Positions 60,196 to 64,000 of a DNA stretch of 64,000 nucleotides are shown here, one piece after another. Source of the DNA: a virus; IMG/VR virus record IMGVR_UViG_3300030109_006161, positions 1 to 64,000 of that record; one strand, 5' to 3'. Within the stretch, counting starts at the first letter, position 1. The number at the start of each line of letters is the position of its first letter. The notes beneath the pieces were generated by a model. The model was not told the origin of the DNA, did no database searches, and saw nothing but the letters and a program-made list of their open reading frames with translations. Position numbers and translations under genes: made by a program.

Positions 60196-60217
60196 AAAAA
60201 AGCCGCCCGGAGGCGGC
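60196..60217 (-). terminator. intrinsic terminator of tmRNA
   Basis: GCCGCC-TCCG-GGCGGC hairpin followed by T6, immediately after the CCA end. Confidence 0.88.
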
Positions 60218-60540
60218 TGGTGGAGGTAGGGAGAATCGAACTCCCGTCTTGTCTAGTTCCATAGAAGGGTCATTCACAAGGTTAGGTCTGTTTTTTTCGT
60301 CAGACAGCCCGCTTGACTAGATCATCTTATTATGGCTGAGATAATCAAAAGCACTTAGAAGACAAAATACGGCTTTCTGTTTTTTGGCTGCCGTCGCCTC
60401 AAGTCAAGTCAGGTTATTAAGCTGCTTGTGCTAGTTGAAAATCGTCGTTTGCGATTAAAAGTTAAGCGTTTTTAGTGAGCCACGCTTCCCTCACCCTTGC
60501 ACCTTTTCTACTTCCCCATCAGTCGATACCGGTTACCCCC
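60218..60540 (-). ncRNA. ssrA: tmRNA (one-piece), tag peptide ANDDFQLAQAA
   Basis: 5' GGGGGUA pairs with 3' UACCUCC-ACCA (G3-U wobble, Ala identity). T-arm GGGAG-UUCGAUU-CUCCC. Pseudoknot 1: GUGAG/CUCAC plus AAGCGU/ACGCUU. Tag frame 60452-60414 ends in UAA UAA. Confidence 0.95.
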
Positions 60541-60550
60541 TTGTATAATA

Positions 60551-60579
60551 GTTATACACTATAACGAATTACTTGTCAA
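60551..60579 (-). promoter_or_regulatory. sigma70-type promoter for tmRNA
   Basis: TTGACA-N17-TATAAC, ending 10 nt upstream of the mature 5' end. Confidence 0.6.
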
Positions 60580-60601
60580 TTTATTCTTACATAAGTATTA
60601 T

Positions 60602-60724
60602 AGCCGGCTGTTAACAGCTTAGCTGTAAAGGCTGTTAAGAATTAAAAAATAGTTAAAAGTAGTTAAAACAGTTAAGGCTGTTAAAGCTTGCAAGCTATTA
60701 TAACCAACTCTGACAAACCGTTAA
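60602..60724. repeat. GTTAA-core short repeat tract with palindromes
   Basis: GTTAA at 60610, 60634, 60652, 60662, 60671, 60680 and 60720. Palindromes GCTGTTAACAGC (60607-60618) and AGCTTGCAAGCT (60685-60696). Confidence 0.7.
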
Positions 60725-60730
60725 GGGTAT

Positions 60731-61549
60731 TTATGAAAATAAATCTAATTCTTCTGAATCTGATTCCTGATTATCATCCGAAGGTTCTGGTTCTCCTACG
60801 TTTCCTAGGTCTTCTTCTCCAGACTGCTCTTCTTCGTACTCATCGGTAGTAACGTCTGGTAAGTCTGATTGAAGTTCATCTTCGAACTTGTCAAAATAAA
60901 GAAGCATGTTTGTAATTAGGTAATCATAAAAGACATCTTTATCTTCTTCATCTGCCAACATATCATAAGCATCAACAATTTGTTTCTCTACAGCCTTAAA
61001 GGTAACTGAGGCAAAGTTTCTACCGGTTTCATTTTGGTCTTCAATTTTTACAAAAGGTTCGTCACCATCCTCTGCGCCTTCAATGTCAATAAATTCACCC
61101 TCTACAGATTGTTCTTCTTTTCCATCTGATTGTGGATCTAAATCAATTGATATCTTTTCTAATAAAGTGTCAGAATCTACTGTATATTCAATATCTTCAG
61201 TTGCGACTGCTTGTTCGCCCTGGTTTTGTGATTCAATAGGTCTCAATGTGTTTTCTATGGCATGAACTATATGATTACGAAATGATGTACGTTGCTCTTT
61301 AGAGGTAGTAAGCATTTTATAATCATCTTCTACGATAGGAATTATTTTCTCCAACAAATCAGCAAGAACATTAATGCCAGTGCTTCGACTAGCTTCATCA
61401 GTACCTGTCTCAGCTTCGATTAATTGACGAACTACTTTTCGAATCTTTTCTTCGGCAAGTCTTTGTTGTTCTAGCTTTACAGCTATTCTTTTACGAACGT
61501 GTTCTCTGATAAGTTCTTCAGCAATTAGTTGGTTTCGATCAATAGTCAT
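60731..61549 (-). CDS. acidic hypothetical protein, possible head/scaffold-associated
   Basis: 272 aa, very D/E-rich. N-terminal helical EELIREHVR..EEKIRKVVRQLIE. Confidence 0.55.
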   Translation of the reverse strand: MTIDRNQLIAEELIREHVRKRIAVKLEQQRLAEEKIRKVVRQLIEAETGTDEASRSTGINVLADLLEKIIPIVEDDYKMLTTSKEQRTSFRNHIVHAIENTLRPIESQNQGEQAVATEDIEYTVDSDTLLEKISIDLDPQSDGKEEQSVEGEFIDIEGAEDGDEPFVKIEDQNETGRNFASVTFKAVEKQIVDAYDMLADEEDKDVFYDYLITNMLLYFDKFEDELQSDLPDVTTDEYEEEQSGEEDLGNVGEPEPSDDNQESDSEELDLFS

Positions 61550-61559
61550 GGTATTATAA

Positions 61560-64000
61560 TTATCTCCGTCTTTGACGTTTTGCTTTTCTAACTTTTGGTT
61601 TCTCTCTTTTAGGTTTATTTCTTACCTTAACTGTGCCACCAAAAGGACCAGCATATCCAGCCACCGCACCAGCACTCATAGCAGACATTTCATCTAATGT
61701 GTTATCAATCAATGAGTTTAGTCTTTCGGTTTGTGGAATTACAGAATTCCAAATAGCATTTCCATCTACACCCGGCGGCATATATGCTAAAAATGTTTCT
61801 TTATCTCTCTCAGCAATTGCTTTTCTAAGATCACGAGCACTGTAAACAAGACCTTCTTTAGATTGCACTGGATCCTCAACGATGTCCTCTACATTTACAC
61901 CGGGGTTATGACGCTCAGCATACGATTGCGCTCGGTCAAAGCGGGTATCACCTACATCCTTACTGCTCTTCACTAAAAGAACTGTATCTCCGTCAGTAGC
62001 AGACTCAGGATCAGCAACAAACTCGTAGACTGCCTGGACTGGACTGCGATAGTCTGCAATTTTTGCAGTAATGTTTGGTTCACCATTTTCAAGGTACTCT
62101 TCCCAGATACGCAACGACTGTTCATTACTTACTTCTGGGTAATCAACGGGAGAAATTAAAACAATCACCTCATCCACATCAGGGCGCTTAGCAATCTTAT
62201 TCACATAATCAAAGTGACCACGATGTGGTGGTTTAAACTTACCAGGGAATAGAGCTATGCGCTTACCTTCTTTTTCAGTAATGACCTGAGTATCATTATT
62301 TAGTGATTCGTTTCTTTGCCCTGGGGATTGGTTTACTGCCTTGGTTAATTCATTTGCGATGACCGTGGTATTTCGGAGGGCTTTTTCACCAGCATTTATA
62401 GCTTTACTGCGATTTTCGTATGTGAAGTAATTACTAATATCCTCAGACAATTGTTGGGTTGCTTCAAAAACATTGTCGATAGATGTCGATAAATTGTCCA
62501 TGTATGTTTCGGCAATTTTAACAATACTGTCAGTATTCACGGGCAGTGTAGCCAAGACTTTATAATCGGCTTGTGCTCCACCAATTTTACCCAGAGTCGA
62601 TACAGTTATAGACCATTGGGCTCCGCCGTCGCCTTTATTCTTGGATTCAGTCAATAAAGAGTTGAATCTATTCCAAATTTTTCTATTTCGCTCAACTGTC
62701 AGATACTTCAAACCCTCTTCTGCTACTTGTGGATCTTCTTGGTCTACTTCGGCAGCAACTTGAGCCAATTTATCTCTTCGAACCGCATCATAGCCATTTG
62801 TATTTCTTAGGATCGTATATTGTTCTTCCCAATTAGCAGCTTTTCTGTATAGGTCGTAAGTATTCTTTGTTCCTTTTCTGTCAATACCAAAGACTCGCTT
62901 TGACACCTTGGCATCTGTACCCTGGGTAAGAAGATCAAAAATATTATCCCTTGTGATAACAAATTGTTCAATTTTTATTTCTTCGCCCAGTTTCCAGCCT
63001 ACAATATAAACAACCTCACCATATTCATTTAAAGCGTCAACCAAGTTTGTAAAACTACCATGAATTACGCCCGCCTTACCGGCCTTACCGTCTTTGGTCT
63101 TTTGCTTTCGTTTATCGCTAAGTAGCTTTAGACTAATTGGAACTCCTGTATGTCCTTCTAAGGTACTAAAAGCCATCATATCTTCGATAGGTAAATTACC
63201 TTTGTCAGTTATTTCTTTAGCTTGTTGTCCGGACAACATGGCAGACAGAAAACCCTCAAATACAAACCCAGCAGAGGATGATGTAAAGTTTTCGATAACC
63301 GCAGTTAAAGATTCAAGAATAATCAGGGTGCTAATCATTCTCTGAGGGGAGGTCATCTTATTATCAAGCTTAATTCTGTTTCTTAGATCTTCAAACCTTT
63401 TTTCAACACTAGCCCCTCCTGAAATTGTTGCAAAGATCTTCTCAACCTGAGACCTTTCCATAGATCCAGGATCCCCCCAAGCTTCTGATGGTGCAAACTT
63501 TGGCAAAGATAGAACAAACTTTCTAGCTCGATCAGACTTAATATTACTTTCTTTCTCTGTTATGATTGGTCTATCAACAACTAGAGATTCTTTTGTACTT
63601 CTTTTTAGATTCCCGTAACGGAACATCCCAAGTATCTGATTCATTGGGGCATAGTTCCCTGCAAATTTATAGGTATGTCCATCATAATCAAAGACCACCG
63701 CCTCGACTGGGGTAGTGATATTTGTAAAGTCTTTTATCTTATTAAGGTGCTGTTGCATAATTGCCATTGCCTCAGGATTTTCAGCACCTACTGAAGTTAT
63801 GTCTTTTACAGCTTCTGCTAATTCAGCTTTTAGACGTGCGACCTCTTTGTCATTGTCCGCAATGAAAATACTCTTCAATCCTTTTAGCAGTTCTACAGTA
63901 AAATCATGAACTATTGTCTCAAGTGGTTCAATTGCTTGTTTTAACAACATTTTTTGAGCTTTGATAATCTGCGTAAGGTCTTGTAAATCCTGATTGTTTA
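61560..64000 (-). CDS. multidomain protein with C-terminal HxGH cytidylyltransferase-like domain (5' end outside window)
   Basis: The frame stays open upstream of ATG 63950 to the window edge. ALFPGKFKPPHRGH and YSARDLRKAI are nucleotidyltransferase motifs. Confidence 0.75.
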   Translation of the reverse strand, partial: NNQDLQDLTQIIKAQKMLLKQAIEPLETIVHDFTVELLKGLKSIFIADNDKEVARLKAELAEAVKDITSVGAENPEAMAIMQQHLNKIKDFTNITTPVEAVVFDYDGHTYKFAGNYAPMNQILGMFRYGNLKRSTKESLVVDRPIITEKESNIKSDRARKFVLSLPKFAPSEAWGDPGSMERSQVEKIFATISGGASVEKRFEDLRNRIKLDNKMTSPQRMISTLIILESLTAVIENFTSSSAGFVFEGFLSAMLSGQQAKEITDKGNLPIEDMMAFSTLEGHTGVPISLKLLSDKRKQKTKDGKAGKAGVIHGSFTNLVDALNEYGEVVYIVGWKLGEEIKIEQFVITRDNIFDLLTQGTDAKVSKRVFGIDRKGTKNTYDLYRKAANWEEQYTILRNTNGYDAVRRDKLAQVAAEVDQEDPQVAEEGLKYLTVERNRKIWNRFNSLLTESKNKGDGGAQWSITVSTLGKIGGAQADYKVLATLPVNTDSIVKIAETYMDNLSTSIDNVFEATQQLSEDISNYFTYENRSKAINAGEKALRNTTVIANELTKAVNQSPGQRNESLNNDTQVITEKEGKRIALFPGKFKPPHRGHFDYVNKIAKRPDVDEVIVLISPVDYPEVSNEQSLRIWEEYLENGEPNITAKIADYRSPVQAVYEFVADPESATDGDTVLLVKSSKDVGDTRFDRAQSYAERHNPGVNVEDIVEDPVQSKEGLVYSARDLRKAIAERDKETFLAYMPPGVDGNAIWNSVIPQTERLNSLIDNTLDEMSAMSAGAVAGYAGPFGGTVKVRNKPKREKPKVRKAKRQRRR

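Noticed and set aside
60218-60250. tRNA-Ala gene or prophage attachment site
   Set aside because: The T-arm/acceptor is the 3' end of a full tmRNA whose 5' end is at 60540. No integrase or duplicated 3' fragment was seen, and phage-like genes continue on both sides.
57321-60724. CRISPR-Cas system (Cas4-like gene and the nearby repeat tract)
   Set aside because: No cas1/cas2 or effector genes. The repeats are 5-8 nt cores without repeat-spacer structure.
35-63909. All plus-strand ORFs and the short nested minus-strand ORFs in the ORF track
   Set aside because: They are short (60-165 aa), overlap long motif-bearing minus-strand genes and have no recognisable motifs, so they are treated as shadow ORFs.
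1-64000. Eukaryotic giant virus origin (suggested by the glycosylation genes and GT15)
   Set aside because: gp6/gp25-like baseplate genes, an M23 peptidase, tmRNA, SD sequences, sigma70-type promoters and operonic overlaps all indicate a bacteriophage.

Overview
An AT-rich (roughly one-third GC) segment of a large tailed bacteriophage, most likely a jumbo myophage. Every credible gene lies on the minus strand, tightly packed, in the standard code. In transcription order (right to left): (1) an N-terminally truncated multidomain protein with a HxGH nucleotidyltransferase domain, then an acidic protein; (2) a short repeat/palindrome tract and a one-piece tmRNA (tag ANDDFQLAQAA) with its own promoter and terminator; (3) PIN-PhoH, a HExxH protein and a solo Cas4/RecB-like nuclease; (4) a ~20.5 kb, 20-gene nucleotide-sugar and glycosyltransferase cluster (gmd, fcl, GT11, GT4/GT2, a fungal-type GT15, aminotransferases, formyl- and methyltransferases) with no export or polymerase genes; (5) a gp55-like sigma factor; (6) a ~34 kb baseplate/tail block (M23 peptidase, gp25-like, gp6-like and several giant ORFs); (7) a RuvC-like resolvase and a HAD hydrolase. 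The main hypothesis is a phage-encoded virion protein glycosylation system. Three observations point to it: the glycan operon shares a candidate late-promoter motif ([C/A]TANTTA) with the structural genes, it includes a Kre2/Mnt1-like enzyme, and a subset of virion proteins is enriched in [S/T]-[G/A/S]-[S/T] tripeptides. All family calls come from motif recognition by eye; no database searches were run.
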